Source of the DNA: Microbacterium sp.
GTDB lineage: Bacteria > Actinomycetota > Actinomycetes > Actinomycetales > Microbacteriaceae
Reading direction: 5' to 3'
Length of the DNA: 64,000 nucleotides
NCBI RefSeq assembly: GCF_052099035.1
Contig: NZ_JBQDSX010000012.1
Location: 14,839-78,838, forward strand
Numbering within the stretch: the stretch's first letter is position 1; the number at the start of each line of letters is the position of its first letter. Shown here in pieces: positions 9,617-20,539 of the stretch. The position numbers and the translations under genes are program-made. A model generated the notes under the pieces. That model made no database searches, had not been told where the DNA came from, and worked only from the letters and a program-made list of their open reading frames with translations.

Positions 9617-10345
9617 ATGACGTTCCCCGCCTTCACCCCAGAGATCGAAGCATCCGTCGCCGCAGTCCGCGCCGACGTCGCGAGGCTGCATGGCGAGCTG
9701 GTTCGCAATAGCCTGGTCGTCTGGACCGGTGGCAACATCTCCGGCCGGGTTCGGCTCTCTGATGATGGCCGAGCCGACCTGTTCATCATCAAGCCGTCCG
9801 GCGTGAGCTACGACGACCTGGCGCCCGAGAACATGATCCTCTGCGACCTCGATGGTCATGTGATTCCTGGCAGCGCGGGCAGCGACCGAAGCCCGTCGAG
9901 CGACACCGCCGCGCACGCCTACGTCTACCGGCACATGCCCGAGGTCGGCGGAGTCGTGCACACCCACTCCACGTTCGCCGTCGCGTGGGCGGCGAGGGGG
10001 GAGGAGATCCCCTGCGTCATCACGGCGATGGCGGATGAGTTCGGCGGGCCGATCCCGATCGGCCCCTTCGCGATCATCGGCGACGACTCGATCGGACGCC
10101 GCATCGTCGACACGCTCACCGGGCACCGCTCCCGTGCGGTGCTGATGCAGAATCACGGTCCGTTCACGATCGGCACAGACGCGAAGGATGCTGTGAAAGC
10201 CGCCGTCATGGTCGAAGACGTCGCACGCACCGTGCACTACGCACGGGAGGCGGGTCCACTGATCCCCATTCCGCAGGAAGCGATCGACAGCCTGTACGAC
10301 CGGTACCAGAACGTGTACGGCCAGAGTTCGGATGCCCGTCGATGA
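9617..10345 (+). CDS. araD: L-ribulose-5-phosphate 4-epimerase
   Basis: Class II aldolase motifs GGNISGR, IKPSGVSY, PSSDTAAH, VHTHS and NHG; AAGGAG RBS. Confidence 0.9.
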   Translation: MTFPAFTPEIEASVAAVRADVARLHGELVRNSLVVWTGGNISGRVRLSDDGRADLFIIKPSGVSYDDLAPENMILCDLDGHVIPGSAGSDRSPSSDTAAHAYVYRHMPEVGGVVHTHSTFAVAWAARGEEIPCVITAMADEFGGPIPIGPFAIIGDDSIGRRIVDTLTGHRSRAVLMQNHGPFTIGTDAKDAVKAAVMVEDVARTVHYAREAGPLIPIPQEAIDSLYDRYQNVYGQSSDARR

Positions 10346-11925
10346 CCGCGCAGCGCGACATCGTCGAGGGGCGTACGAGCCTCGGCATCGAGTTCGGCTC
10401 GACCCGCATCAAAGCGTGCCTCATCGGGCCAGACGCTTCAGAGGTGCTGGCCGTCGGTTCGTTCGCGTGGGAGAACAGCCTCGAGGACGGGCTGTGGACC
10501 CATGCGCTGGACGAGGTCTGGCAGGGGCTTCAGGCGGCATTCGCCGACCTCATCGCTGACGCGCAGAAGCGCCACGGCGCACGTCCCGAATCCTTCGGCG
10601 CCATCGGCATCTCCGCGATGATGCACGGATATCTCGCCTTCGATGCGTCGGGTGATCTGCTTGTGCCGTTCCGCACATGGCGCAACACCAACACGGGTTC
10701 TGCTGCGTCCGAACTCACCGACCTGTTCGCTGTGAACATCCCGCTGCGCTGGTCGATCGCGCACTTGCATCAGGCCGTCCTTGACTCCGAGGAGCACGTG
10801 TCGCAGGTCGACTTCGTCACGACCCTCGCCGGATACGTGCACTGGCGCCTCACCGGCGAGAAGGTGCTCGGCGTCGGCGATGCGTCGGGCATGTTCCCGA
10901 TCGACTCCGCGACGGGCGACTATGACGAGAGGATGCTGTCCGCATATGACGCGCTGGCCGGCGAACGACTCCCGGCTCCGGTGAAAAGCTTGCTGCCTGC
11001 GGTGCGCGCGGCTGGCGAGCCAGCAGGCACTCTCACCGCCGAAGGTACGGCGCTGCTGGATCCGACCGGCACTCTGCGCTCCGGCATCCCGCTCTGCCCG
11101 CCCGAAGGCGATGCCGGCACCGGCATGGTGGCGACGAACTCCGTCGTGCCTCGCACCGGAAACGTCAGTGCCGGGACCAGCATCTTCGCGATGGTGGTGC
11201 TCGAGCATCCGCTGGCAAGCATCCATCACGAACTCGATCTCGTGACGACTCCGGCCGGGGATGCTGTCGCCATGGTGCACTGCAACAACGGTGCGAGCGA
11301 GCTGGCCGCGTGGGCCGGGATGTTCGCACGTTTTGCAGCTGCCTCCGGCAACCCCCTCGACGACGACGCCGTGTTCGACGTGCTCTTCCGCGAGGCGCTC
11401 GCGGGCGATGTGGATGCCGGGGGACTGCTCGCCTACAACCACCTCGCAGGCGAGCCGATCGCGGGCCTCACCGAGGGGCGGCCCCTGTTCGTGCGCACAC
11501 CGGACAGCGAGTTCACGCTCGCCAATGCGATGCGCGCGCAACTCTACGGAGTGTTCGGCACGCTCGCGCTCGGCATGCAGGTGCTCGAGAGTGAAGGCGT
11601 GGCGCTGGATCGGATGTTCGCGCACGGAGGCATGTTCCGCACAGCCGGCGTCGCGCAGCGCTTCCTCGCTGGAGCCCTGAACGCGCCCGTCGCCGTCGGC
11701 GAACTCGCTGCCGAGGGGGGAGCGTGGGGCATCGCCGTCCTGGCGTCATACCTCGCTCATTCCGCAGAGAGCGACCTCGGCAGCTATCTCGAGGATCAGG
11801 TCTTCGCCACAGCATCCCTCACTGTCATCGAACCGGACCCGGCCGATGTCGCCGGCTTCGCCGCCTACCTCCACCGCTACCGCGCCGGCCTCGCCATCGA
11901 GGCCGCCGCGACCACCGCCCTCTGA
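10342..11925 (+). CDS. araB: FGGY-family pentulose kinase (probable L-ribulokinase)
   Basis: [35 protein letters not shown] and SAGTS motifs; lies between araD and araA. Confidence 0.8.
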   Translation: MTAQRDIVEGRTSLGIEFGSTRIKACLIGPDASEVLAVGSFAWENSLEDGLWTHALDEVWQGLQAAFADLIADAQKRHGARPESFGAIGISAMMHGYLAFDASGDLLVPFRTWRNTNTGSAASELTDLFAVNIPLRWSIAHLHQAVLDSEEHVSQVDFVTTLAGYVHWRLTGEKVLGVGDASGMFPIDSATGDYDERMLSAYDALAGERLPAPVKSLLPAVRAAGEPAGTLTAEGTALLDPTGTLRSGIPLCPPEGDAGTGMVATNSVVPRTGNVSAGTSIFAMVVLEHPLASIHHELDLVTTPAGDAVAMVHCNNGASELAAWAGMFARFAAASGNPLDDDAVFDVLFREALAGDVDAGGLLAYNHLAGEPIAGLTEGRPLFVRTPDSEFTLANAMRAQLYGVFGTLALGMQVLESEGVALDRMFAHGGMFRTAGVAQRFLAGALNAPVAVGELAAEGGAWGIAVLASYLAHSAESDLGSYLEDQVFATASLTVIEPDPADVAGFAAYLHRYRAGLAIEAAATTAL

Positions 11926-11928
11926 CCC

Positions 11929-11989
11929 GCTCAGGTCGCAAACTTTGTCGCAAAGCATCCGCCATACCGACATAAATAGCGACCCGAAC
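11929..11989. repeat. Family C hairpin/MITE-like element (TCAGGTCGC...GCGACC.GA), degenerate copy
   Basis: Matches copies at 54637-54701 and 58965-59027. Confidence 0.7.
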
Positions 11990-12007
11990 AACAAGAAAGA
12001 CCTTCCC

Positions 12008-13531
12008 ATGACACGCACACCGCTGAAGACCACGCTCGATGAGTACGAGGTCTGGTTCCTCACCGGCAGCCAGCACCTGTACGGACCCGAGACGCTCGCG
12101 CAGGTCGCGGAGCAGTCGCAGGAGATCGTGCGGATGCTGGATGCTGCGCTCGACATTCCCGTGAAGATCGTCTGGAAGCCGGTGCTCACGGACTCCGCCG
12201 CGATCAAGCGCGCAGCCCTCGATGCCAACGCCGATGACCGCGTGATAGGCCTGGTCGCCTGGATGCACACGTTCAGCCCCGCGAAGATGTGGATCGCCGG
12301 CCTCGACGCGCTGCAGAAGCCTCTGGCGCACCTGCACACGCAGGCGAACATCGAGCTTCCCTGGGCCGACATCGACTTCGACTTCATGAACCTGAACCAG
12401 GCAGCCCACGGCGACCGCGAGTTCGGCTACATCCAGACCCGCCTCGGCGTCCCGCGCAAGACAATCGTCGGCCATGCCAGCGATCCGCGCGTCCAGCAGG
12501 AGCTCGGCACGTGGCAGCGCGCGGCAGCAGGTCTTGCGGCATCCCGCTCGCTGAAGCTCGCCCGTTTCGGGGACAACATGCGCTTCGTCGCCGTCACCGA
12601 GGGGGACAAGACCGAAGCAGAGCTGCGCTTCGGTGTGCAGGTCAACACGTGGGGCGTCAATGAACTGGCGGATGCCGTCGCCGCGGCATCCTCGTCCGAC
12701 ATCGACGCGCTCGTCGCCGAGTACGAAGAGCTGTACGAGGTCGTCCCGGAACTCCGCCTCGGGGGAGAGCGGCACCAGTCGCTGCGCGACGGTGCGGCGA
12801 TCGAGATCGGCCTGCGCTCCTTCCTCGAGGAGGGCGGCTTCGGTGCCTTCACGACGTCGTTCGAGGACCTCGGCGAACTGAAGCAGCTGCCGGGTCTCGC
12901 CGTGCAGCGGCTGATGGCCGAGGGCTACGGCTTCGGCGCCGAGGGTGATTGGAAGACTTCCGTCCTCGTCCGCATCGCGAACGTGATGGGTGCTGGCCTG
13001 CCTGGTGGCGCGAGCCTCATGGAGGACTACACCTACGACATGACCCCTGGCGACGAGCTCATCCTCGGCGCGCACATGCTCGAGGTCTCGCCGTCGCTGA
13101 CCACGGCGAAGCCGACGCTCGAGATCCACCCGCTGGGCATCGGCGGCAAGGACGCCCCGGTGCGTCTCGTCTTCACCGCTGACCCTGGCCCCGCTATCGT
13201 CGTGGCCATGAGCGATATGCGCGACCGGTTCCGCCTCACCGCGAACGTCGTCGAGAACGTCGAGCCTCGGGCTGCGCTCCCGAACCTGCCCGTGGGGCGC
13301 GCGGTGTGGAAGCCGCAGCCGGACTTCAACACCAGTGCCGCCGCGTGGCTCACCGCCGGTGCGGCGCACCACACCGTGATGTCCACAGCCGTGGGGTTGG
13401 AGGCATTCCGCGACTTCGCCGAGATGGCAGAGGTCGAACTCCTCGTCATCGACGATGAGACCACGCTTCCCGAGTTCCAGAAGCAGGTCCGCTGGAACCA
13501 GGCGTACTACCGCCTCGCGCAGGGGCTGTGA
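12008..13531 (+). CDS. araA: L-arabinose isomerase
   Basis: [49 protein letters not shown] and AHHT motifs. Confidence 0.96.
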   Translation: MTRTPLKTTLDEYEVWFLTGSQHLYGPETLAQVAEQSQEIVRMLDAALDIPVKIVWKPVLTDSAAIKRAALDANADDRVIGLVAWMHTFSPAKMWIAGLDALQKPLAHLHTQANIELPWADIDFDFMNLNQAAHGDREFGYIQTRLGVPRKTIVGHASDPRVQQELGTWQRAAAGLAASRSLKLARFGDNMRFVAVTEGDKTEAELRFGVQVNTWGVNELADAVAAASSSDIDALVAEYEELYEVVPELRLGGERHQSLRDGAAIEIGLRSFLEEGGFGAFTTSFEDLGELKQLPGLAVQRLMAEGYGFGAEGDWKTSVLVRIANVMGAGLPGGASLMEDYTYDMTPGDELILGAHMLEVSPSLTTAKPTLEIHPLGIGGKDAPVRLVFTADPGPAIVVAMSDMRDRFRLTANVVENVEPRAALPNLPVGRAVWKPQPDFNTSAAAWLTAGAAHHTVMSTAVGLEAFRDFAEMAEVELLVIDDETTLPEFQKQVRWNQAYYRLAQGL

Positions 13532-14463
13532 TGACTACTTCGTCCGCTGAGCCTGTCGAAGCGTCTGGTCGACAGCTCGCCCTTGTCGGACACGGGTACG
13601 AGGCGGTTATCGCGAGCGTCGGCGCATCGCTTCGGATGCTGAGGCACGACGGACGTGACCTCATCGTGCCGTTTGAGATGGATGAGGTGCGCCCGGCGTA
13701 TCGCGGTGCGACTCTTGCGCCGTGGCCGAACCGCATCGTCGATGGTCGGTACTCGTTCGCCGGCGTCGAGCAACAGCTCGCGCTCACCGAGCCGTCGCGC
13801 AATCACGCACTGCACGGACTTGTCGCCTGGGCCGAGTTCGCCGACCGCGTCGTCGAGGAGGATCGCGTGGTGCTCGCGGCGACGATCGAACCGCAGCTCG
13901 GCTATCCCTTCCGCGTGGAGGTCGAGGTCGAGTACCGGCTCGACGAGGACGGTCTCACGCAGACGGTGACCGCACGGAATCTCGGGGCGGATGCTGCGCC
14001 CTGGGGCACCGGTCCGCATCCGTATCTCTCCGCGGCGCCCGGCCGCGTGGATGACTGGACGCTCACACTGCCGGCATCCGAGGTGCTCACCGTGACACCC
14101 GACCGGCTGAGTCCTGTCGCGGTCGAGCCGGTCGACCAGCATCCGGAATGGGATTTTCGCGCACCGCGCGTGATCGGCGACGTCTTCATCGATCATGCGT
14201 TCACGGAACTCGCCACCACCGATGGCATCGCCGAGGTGCGCGTCGTCGGGCCCGACGGTCACGGTGTGGCGTTGAGCTGGGATGAGCGCTGCCCCTGGGT
14301 GCAGGTGCACACTGCAGACACCGCTGATGCCGAGACGAACCGGATCGGCCTCGCGGTAGAGCCGATGACTTGCCCACCGGATGCCTTCAACTCTGGGGTC
14401 GACCTGATCGTCATCGAGCCGGATGCCGAGAGCGCCGTGTCCTGGCGGTTCACCGCGATCTGA
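13531..14463 (+). CDS. aldose 1-epimerase family protein
   Basis: LAPWPNRI, HALHG, GYPF, HPY and AVEPMTCPPDAFNSG motifs. Confidence 0.88.
   Translation: MTTSSAEPVEASGRQLALVGHGYEAVIASVGASLRMLRHDGRDLIVPFEMDEVRPAYRGATLAPWPNRIVDGRYSFAGVEQQLALTEPSRNHALHGLVAWAEFADRVVEEDRVVLAATIEPQLGYPFRVEVEVEYRLDEDGLTQTVTARNLGADAAPWGTGPHPYLSAAPGRVDDWTLTLPASEVLTVTPDRLSPVAVEPVDQHPEWDFRAPRVIGDVFIDHAFTELATTDGIAEVRVVGPDGHGVALSWDERCPWVQVHTADTADAETNRIGLAVEPMTCPPDAFNSGVDLIVIEPDAESAVSWRFTAI
13546..13562 (-). repeat. Family B REP (CCCTTCGACAGGCTCAGGG-type), in frame in CDS N-terminus
   Basis: GCTGAGCCTGTCGAAGC translated as AEPVEA. Confidence 0.65.
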
Positions 14464-14494
14464 GCGCGACCCCTCGCTTGCTTTTTGAGAAATG

Positions 14495-14530
14495 GGGAAC
14501 CCCCGCCGACCCGATTCGGCGGGGGTTCTC
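14495..14530 (+). terminator. GC-rich hairpin after the ara operon, probable intrinsic terminator
   Basis: GAACCCCCGCCGA / TCGGCGGGGGTTC perfect 13-bp stem. Confidence 0.7.
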
Positions 14531-14758
14531 TCATATCGGGAGCTGAGCTCACCGTGGCGCGGAAAGTGTCTGACTACCCGATCCGGTCTGAGATCTTCCG
14601 CGCACAAGTAGTTCTACGTGCCGAAGGTGACGCCGTGGTGAACGCGGGCCGAACACCGGGTGCGCACTATTCCTCCACAATCGGACTTCTGGAGAAGCTA
14701 TCCACAGGGACGCAGGATTCCGCAAATCGACCTCTGCCGGCTCCGCCATCATCAGGGC

Positions 14759-15205
14759 ATGACAAAGACGAACAACTCCCTAAAAGACCGTGTCCTCGAC
14801 CACGATGACAAGCTGCTGGACGTGCTTCGCGTCCTGCTGCAGTGTGCGAACCAGCGCCAGATGTGGCTGATGTTCATGGATGACCGCGGATGCCTCGGCG
14901 ATCCGCTCATGCCGATGAACGACTATCCCGATGATCCGAACGACGTGGTCGAGATCGACGACCTCGGTTCGGTGACCGAGGCTCACGTGCTCATGCATCG
15001 AGGGGGGATGCTCCGTGAGCTGACCGGCAACGTCAGCGTGGTGCTCGCGTGGGAGCGGCTCGGGCCGGACACGGTGATGAAGAGTGATCGCGAGTGGGCG
15101 CGGGCGATGGCAGAGGCAGCCCAGCTGCTCGACATTCCCCTGCGCGCACAGTTCATCGTGCACTCGCAGGGCGTCCGTCAGTTGCATCCCGACGACTACC
15201 TCTGA
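14759..15205 (+). CDS. hypothetical protein (possible JAB/RadC-like fold lacking metal motif)
   Basis: 148-aa ORF with typical codon usage; CATCAT 6 nt upstream; C-terminus D..WA.AM..AA.LLDIPL...IV. Confidence 0.7.
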   Translation: MTKTNNSLKDRVLDHDDKLLDVLRVLLQCANQRQMWLMFMDDRGCLGDPLMPMNDYPDDPNDVVEIDDLGSVTEAHVLMHRGGMLRELTGNVSVVLAWERLGPDTVMKSDREWARAMAEAAQLLDIPLRAQFIVHSQGVRQLHPDDYL

Positions 15206-15311
15206 CGGTCGTCCGTGGGCGACGGCGAAATGCAAGGGTGTCCTAGTAAATATCCGGGTTACAGAGTAATCTAGACATCGTGCCAACGACGGCACGAAGG
15301 GACATCACAAA

Positions 15312-16814
15312 ATGATTCGTACTATCCCCCACCTTGTAGGCGGTTCGCTCCAGACTCCGGATGCTGGACGCTTCAGCGACGTGTTCGACCCCAGCACCGG
15401 TGCTGTGCAAGCACGCGTGCCGCTGGCGTCAGCGGACGACGTTCGCGATGCGATCGCGAACGCCGAAGCGGCTCAGCCCGCATGGGCTGCGACCAACGCG
15501 CAGAAGCGCGCACGGGTGCTGATGCGGTTCGTCGATCTCGTCAATCGCGACATGGACGAGCTGGCACGCCTGCTCTCCAGCGAGCACGGCAAGACCTTCG
15601 CCGACGCCAAGGGCGACATCCAGCGCGGCCTCGAGGTCATCGAGTTCTGCATCGGCGCACCGCATCTGCTCAAGGGGGAGTACTCCACACAGGCGGGGAC
15701 CGGCATCGACGTCTACTCGATGCGCCAGCCGCTCGGTGTCGTCGCCGGGATCACACCGTTCAACTTCCCGGCGATGATTCCGCTGTGGAAGGCCGGTCCC
15801 GCGCTCGCGGCAGGCAACGCCTTCATTCTCAAGCCCAGCGAGCGCGACCCCTCGGTGCCCGTGCGCCTCGGCGAGCTGTTCCTCGAAGCGGGGCTTCCGG
15901 CGGGGGTCTTCAACGTCATCCACGGCGACAAGGAAGCCGTCGACACGCTGCTCACTGACGATCGGGTCAGAGCCCTCGGCTTCGTCGGATCGACGCCGAT
16001 CGCCGAGTACATCTATACGACAGCGGCTGCCCACGGCAAACGAGCACAGTGCTTCGGCGGAGCCAAGAACCACATGATCGTCATGCCGGACGCCGATCTC
16101 GACGTGGTCGTCGACGCGCTCATGGGCGCGGGCTACGGCTCAGCCGGCGAGCGCTGCATGGCGATCTCCGTCGCCGTTCCCGTCGGTGCGGAGACAGCCG
16201 ATGCGCTCGCGGCGAAGCTGACGGAGCGCGTCGCCCAGCTCACGGTCGGCCCCTCGCTCACCGAGGGAGTCGACTACGGGCCGCTGGTCAGCAGCGCCGC
16301 CGTCTCGCGCGTCTCGGACTACATCCAGCAGGGTGTGGATGCCGGTGCCACCCTCCTCGCCGACGGCAGAGGCTTCTCCGTCGAAGGCCACGAAGAGGGC
16401 TTCTACCTCGGCCCGACCCTGTTCGACAACGTCACCACCGACATGTCGATATACCGCGAAGAGGTGTTCGGGCCGGTCCTCGTCATCGCACGCGCTGCCG
16501 ACTACGAAGAGGCACTGGCGATGGCATCCGATCATGAATTCGGCAACGGCGTCGCGATCTTCACCCGCGACGGCGATGCGGCCCGTGACTTCACCGCCCG
16601 CGTGAACGTCGGCATGGTCGGCGTCAACGTGCCGATCCCGGTGCCGATCGCCTACTTCACGTTCGGAGGCTGGAAGAAGTCGGGCTTCGGCGACCTCAAC
16701 CAGCACGGCACCGATGCCTTCCGCTTCTACACGAAGACCAAGACGGTGACCAGCCGCTGGCCCGCGCACGGGGTGCGAGACGGTGCCAGCTTCGTGATCC
16801 CGACGATGCACTAG
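15312..16814 (+). CDS. mmsA: CoA-acylating methylmalonate-semialdehyde dehydrogenase
   Basis: ITPFNFPAMIPLW, LKPSERDP, FVGST, GGAKNH, GERCMA and GVNVPIPVP motifs. Confidence 0.95.
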   Translation: MIRTIPHLVGGSLQTPDAGRFSDVFDPSTGAVQARVPLASADDVRDAIANAEAAQPAWAATNAQKRARVLMRFVDLVNRDMDELARLLSSEHGKTFADAKGDIQRGLEVIEFCIGAPHLLKGEYSTQAGTGIDVYSMRQPLGVVAGITPFNFPAMIPLWKAGPALAAGNAFILKPSERDPSVPVRLGELFLEAGLPAGVFNVIHGDKEAVDTLLTDDRVRALGFVGSTPIAEYIYTTAAAHGKRAQCFGGAKNHMIVMPDADLDVVVDALMGAGYGSAGERCMAISVAVPVGAETADALAAKLTERVAQLTVGPSLTEGVDYGPLVSSAAVSRVSDYIQQGVDAGATLLADGRGFSVEGHEEGFYLGPTLFDNVTTDMSIYREEVFGPVLVIARAADYEEALAMASDHEFGNGVAIFTRDGDAARDFTARVNVGMVGVNVPIPVPIAYFTFGGWKKSGFGDLNQHGTDAFRFYTKTKTVTSRWPAHGVRDGASFVIPTMH

Positions 16815-16823
16815 GAGGCCGAC

Positions 16824-18011
16824 ATGACCATGACATCGACTTTCACCACAGCTGAAGAACGCGAGGCGATCCTCGACGCCGTCCGCGACTACGCCGAGGC
16901 GGAGCTCGCGCCGTTCGCGATCGAGCGCGATGAGAAGCATCTCTTCCCGCGGGACGCGCTGCATCGCGGCGGCGAACTCGGACTCGGCGGAATCTACGTG
17001 CGCGAGGAATCCGGCGGCACCGGACTCTCTCGCTTGGACACCGTGGCGATCTTCGAGGAACTCGCCAAGGGTGACCCGACGATCGCGTCGTACATCTCGA
17101 TCCACAACATGGTGGCGTGGATGATCGACACTTACGGCGACGACGTCCAGCGTGCCGACTGGCTGCCCAAGCTCACCGTCATGCGCGAGTTCGGCAGTTA
17201 CTGCCTGACTGAGCCCGGCGCCGGTTCCGATGCGGCGGCCATCACGACGAGCGCGGTCCGCGACGGTGACGACTACGTGCTCACCGGCGTCAAGCAGTTC
17301 ATCTCCGGCGCGGGGGAGTCCAGCGTCTACGTCGTGATGGCGCGCACCGGTGCTACCGATTCCGGCGCTCGGGGGATCAGCGCCTTTCTCGTCTCGGATG
17401 GAACCCCCGGCCTGGGCTTCGGTGCACTCGAGAAGAAGATGGGCTGGCACGCTCAGCCCACCCGTCAGGTCATCTTCGACGGAGTGCGCGTGCCAGCATC
17501 CGCCATGCTCGGTGACGAGGGCAAGGGATTCGCCATTGCAATGTCCGCCCTCAACGGCGGCCGGCTCAACATCGCCGCGTGCTCGCTCGGTGGCGCCCAG
17601 TGGGCGCTGGATCGCGCGGTCGCCTACATTCATGAACGCGTCGCCTTCGGCGAGCCCCTCGCCGAGAAGCAGTCGATCCTGTTCACCGTCGCCGACATGC
17701 GCACCGATCTGCAGGCGGCGCGCCTCATGGTGCGCGATGGCGCGCAGGCCGTCGACGACCACGCCCCGGATGCCACGATGCGCTGCGCGATGGCCAAGCG
17801 CTTCGCGACGGATGCCGGGTTCGACGTCGCCAACCGTGCCCTTCAGCTGCACGGCGGCTACGGGTACCTGCAGGACTACGGGATCGAGAAGGTCGTGCGA
17901 GACCTTCGAGTGCACCAGATCCTCGAGGGGACCAACGAGATCATGCGTCTGATCGTCGGCCGCGAGATGCTGCGACCGGCCGGATCTGCGTCGATGAGGA
18001 GTTCATCATGA
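16824..18011 (+). CDS. acyl-CoA dehydrogenase (isobutyryl-CoA dehydrogenase-like)
   Basis: SIHNM, YCLTEPGAGSDA, KQFISGAG, LHGGYGY and HQILEGTNEIMR motifs; mms context. Confidence 0.9.
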   Translation: MTMTSTFTTAEEREAILDAVRDYAEAELAPFAIERDEKHLFPRDALHRGGELGLGGIYVREESGGTGLSRLDTVAIFEELAKGDPTIASYISIHNMVAWMIDTYGDDVQRADWLPKLTVMREFGSYCLTEPGAGSDAAAITTSAVRDGDDYVLTGVKQFISGAGESSVYVVMARTGATDSGARGISAFLVSDGTPGLGFGALEKKMGWHAQPTRQVIFDGVRVPASAMLGDEGKGFAIAMSALNGGRLNIAACSLGGAQWALDRAVAYIHERVAFGEPLAEKQSILFTVADMRTDLQAARLMVRDGAQAVDDHAPDATMRCAMAKRFATDAGFDVANRALQLHGGYGYLQDYGIEKVVRDLRVHQILEGTNEIMRLIVGREMLRPAGSASMRSSS

Positions 18012-18895
18012 GTCGCATCGCGTTTCTGGGACTGGGGCATATGGGACTGCCGATGGCGGTCAATCTGGTCAGGGCCGGGCATGAGGTCCACGGCTTCGAT
18101 CTCATGCCCGCAGCGATCGAGGCGGCACGCGCCGCTGGTATTCCGATCGCGGCCAGCGGTGCGGATGCTGCGACGGATGCGGATGTCGTCATCACGATGT
18201 TCCCGGCCGGAGAGCAGGTGATCTCTGCCTATCAAGACGGGCTCCTGGCGGCGGCGAAGCCAGGGACGCTGTTCATCGAATCGTCCACGATCGCCGTCGA
18301 CGAAGCGCAGGCCGCGCATGCTCTGGCCGTTGCTGCGGGGCACCGCAACATCGACGCCCCGGTCTCCGGTGGTGTCGTCGGAGCGGAGAACGGCACGCTG
18401 GCGTTCATGGTCGGAGGTTCTGACGAGGACTTCGCCGCGGCACTCCCGCTGCTCGAAACGATGGGCAAGCGCATCGTGCACTGCGGCGGGCCGGGACTCG
18501 GCCAGGCGGCAAAGGTCTGCAACAACATGGTCCTCGCGGTGTCGCAGATCGCCGTCGCCGAGGCATTCGTGCTGGGGGAGCGGCTCGGGCTCGCGCATGA
18601 CGCGCTGTTCGATGTCGTCTCGCAGGCATCCGGGCAGTGCTGGGCGATCACGACGAACTGTCCGGTGCCGGGGCCGGTGCCGACGAGCCCCGCGAACCGT
18701 GACTACCAGCCGGGTTTCGCAGGGGCGCTGATGGCGAAGGATCTGGGGCTGGCACTCAAGGCGATTGAGCAAACCTCGACCGATGCGAAGATGGGGCGGC
18801 TCGCGCAGGAACTTTATGCCGCCTTTGCCGCGGGGGACGGCGCCGGGCGCGATTTCTCCGGCATCATCACCGACGTCCGCGACGGGAACGTGTGA
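18008..18895 (+). CDS. mmsB: 3-hydroxyisobutyrate dehydrogenase
   Basis: FLGLGHMG, DAPVSGG, AKVCNNM and NCPVPGPVPTSPAN motifs. Confidence 0.93.
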   Translation: MSRIAFLGLGHMGLPMAVNLVRAGHEVHGFDLMPAAIEAARAAGIPIAASGADAATDADVVITMFPAGEQVISAYQDGLLAAAKPGTLFIESSTIAVDEAQAAHALAVAAGHRNIDAPVSGGVVGAENGTLAFMVGGSDEDFAAALPLLETMGKRIVHCGGPGLGQAAKVCNNMVLAVSQIAVAEAFVLGERLGLAHDALFDVVSQASGQCWAITTNCPVPGPVPTSPANRDYQPGFAGALMAKDLGLALKAIEQTSTDAKMGRLAQELYAAFAAGDGAGRDFSGIITDVRDGNV

Positions 18896-18961
18896 CGCTC
18901 GCGGGCATACCCTGAAGGCACACCATGTGGGGGATGCCCTGCGGGCACACCACGCGGGGCA

Positions 18962-19015
18962 TTGAGCGAGCGCAGCGAGACGAAATGGGCTGAGCGAGCG
19001 GAGCGAGTCGAAGCC
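18962..19015 (-). repeat. Family A REP-like doublet inside the mms operon
   Basis: TTGAGCGAGCGCAGCGAGACGAAATGGGCTGAGCGAGCGGAGCGAGTCGAAGCC. Confidence 0.8.
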
Positions 19016-19067
19016 GTGACACCCGCCGCCGCGCGAGGCAGACTGTTCTTGACGTGAGGAGTCATTG

Positions 19068-19844
19068 ATGACCGAGTACGAGACGATCCTGGTCGAGCAG
19101 CGCGGACGCGTGGGCTGGATCACGCTCAACCGTCCACAGGCGCTGAACGCGCTGAACTCTCGAGTCGCGCAGGAAGTCACCGCAGCCGCCGTGGCATTCG
19201 ACGCGGATGAGGGCATCGGCGCGATCGTCGTCACGGGGTCTGAGAAAGCCTTCGCTGCGGGCGCCGACATCAAAGAGATGCAGGCCATGTCCGCCGCAGA
19301 CATGCGCGAGACCGACCACTTCGGCGAGTGGAGAGACTTCGCCGCCGTCCGCACTCCAGTGATCGCTGCCGTCAGCGGCTTCGCGCTCGGCGGCGGATGC
19401 GAGCTGGCGATGATGTGCGACATCATTCTCGCCGCCGACTCCGCGAAGTTCGGTCAGCCCGAGATCAACCTCGGCGTGATCCCTGGGATGGGCGGCACGC
19501 AGCGTCTCATTCGTGCTGTCGGGTACTACAAGGCCGCTGAGCTCGTGCTCTCCGGACGCATGATGGGCGCTGAAGAAGCCGAGCGCTCGGGGCTCGTGTC
19601 GCGGGTGGTTCCAGCATCCGATCTTCTTGCCGAGACGGAGAAGCTTGCCGCGACGATCGCATCCAAGAGTTTGCCGAGCGTGTACGCAGCGAAGGCGACG
19701 TTGGATGCCGCGATGGAGACGACCCTTGCGGAGGGCCTGGACGTGGAGAAGGCCGCATTCACCGCCCTGTTCGACACCGAGGACCAGAAAGAGGGCATGG
19801 CCGCCTTCCGCGAGAAACGGTCACCGAACTTCACCAACCGCTAG
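19068..19844 (+). CDS. enoyl-CoA hydratase
   Basis: [29 protein letters not shown] and [18 protein letters not shown] motifs. Confidence 0.93.
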   Translation: MTEYETILVEQRGRVGWITLNRPQALNALNSRVAQEVTAAAVAFDADEGIGAIVVTGSEKAFAAGADIKEMQAMSAADMRETDHFGEWRDFAAVRTPVIAAVSGFALGGGCELAMMCDIILAADSAKFGQPEINLGVIPGMGGTQRLIRAVGYYKAAELVLSGRMMGAEEAERSGLVSRVVPASDLLAETEKLAATIASKSLPSVYAAKATLDAAMETTLAEGLDVEKAAFTALFDTEDQKEGMAAFREKRSPNFTNR

Positions 19845-19846
19845 CC

Positions 19847-19920
19847 CGCGAGAAACCACTCCGCGCTCGAGACACCACCTCACACGTGGTGTCTCGATGC
19901 GCCGATGATGTCTCGACGCG
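19847..19920. repeat. nested inverted repeat between convergent genes (terminator or MITE-like)
   Basis: TCGAGACACCAC (19867-19878) / GTGGTGTCTCGA (19886-19897) with a degenerate outer copy of the same arm. Confidence 0.6.
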
Positions 19921-19942
19921 TCGTCACCCGCGCAGCACGCCA

Positions 19943-20479
19943 TCAGAGCGGGTCGGGCTGCGGACGAGGCTCGGTGAAGTCCCCGGCATCCCGGCGCAGC
20001 CGCGCGACGATCCCGACGAGGTCGGTGGTGTCCTGATCGCTCATCCCCGGCGCGCTGAACACCTGACTGTTGAGCGCCGCAGTCGCGCGCTCCACGAGGT
20101 CGCGACCGACGCCGGTGAGGCTGAGCATCGCGGCACGACCATCGTGCGGGTGCGGTTCGCGGACGATCATTCCATCGCGCACGAGACGTTCGGCCGTGCT
20201 CGTGACGGTCGTGGCGTGCACCTGCAGCCGGGCGACGACGCTCGAGAGCGGAAGACTGCCCGAGCGGCTGAACGCGAGAAGCCGCAGCATCTCATACCGC
20301 GCGAAGGACAGGCGGAACGGTTTCAACGCGGCGTCCACGCGGGCGAGAAGGAGCTGCTGCGCCCGCATCACGGAGACGACGGCGGTCATGCCATCGGCGG
20401 CATCCGTCCATCCGTGCGCGAGCCACTGCCGCTTCGCCTCGGCGAGCGGGTCGATCGGGAGCGGACGGGGTCGGGCCAC
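19943..20479 (-). CDS. MarR-family transcriptional regulator
   Basis: LPIDPLAEAKRQW, LSFARYEMLRLL and DGRA..L.LT..G; GTG at 20479 with TACCGT -10 upstream. Confidence 0.88.
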   Translation of the reverse strand: MARPRPLPIDPLAEAKRQWLAHGWTDAADGMTAVVSVMRAQQLLLARVDAALKPFRLSFARYEMLRLLAFSRSGSLPLSSVVARLQVHATTVTSTAERLVRDGMIVREPHPHDGRAAMLSLTGVGRDLVERATAALNSQVFSAPGMSDQDTTDLVGIVARLRRDAGDFTEPRPQPDPL

Positions 20480-20539
20480 AGCACCTACGGTACCGGGTCC
20501 ATGAGTGGCGAACGCCCCCGGTTCTCGACGCTGGGCGAG

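Noticed and set aside
15206-15311. AT-rich stretch with two CTAG words upstream of mmsA as a MarR operator
   Set aside because: Symmetry too weak to define a site
18896-18961. Imperfect tandem GGCACACCA repeats after mmsB
   Set aside because: Only two degenerate units, probably spacer debris of the adjacent Family A element
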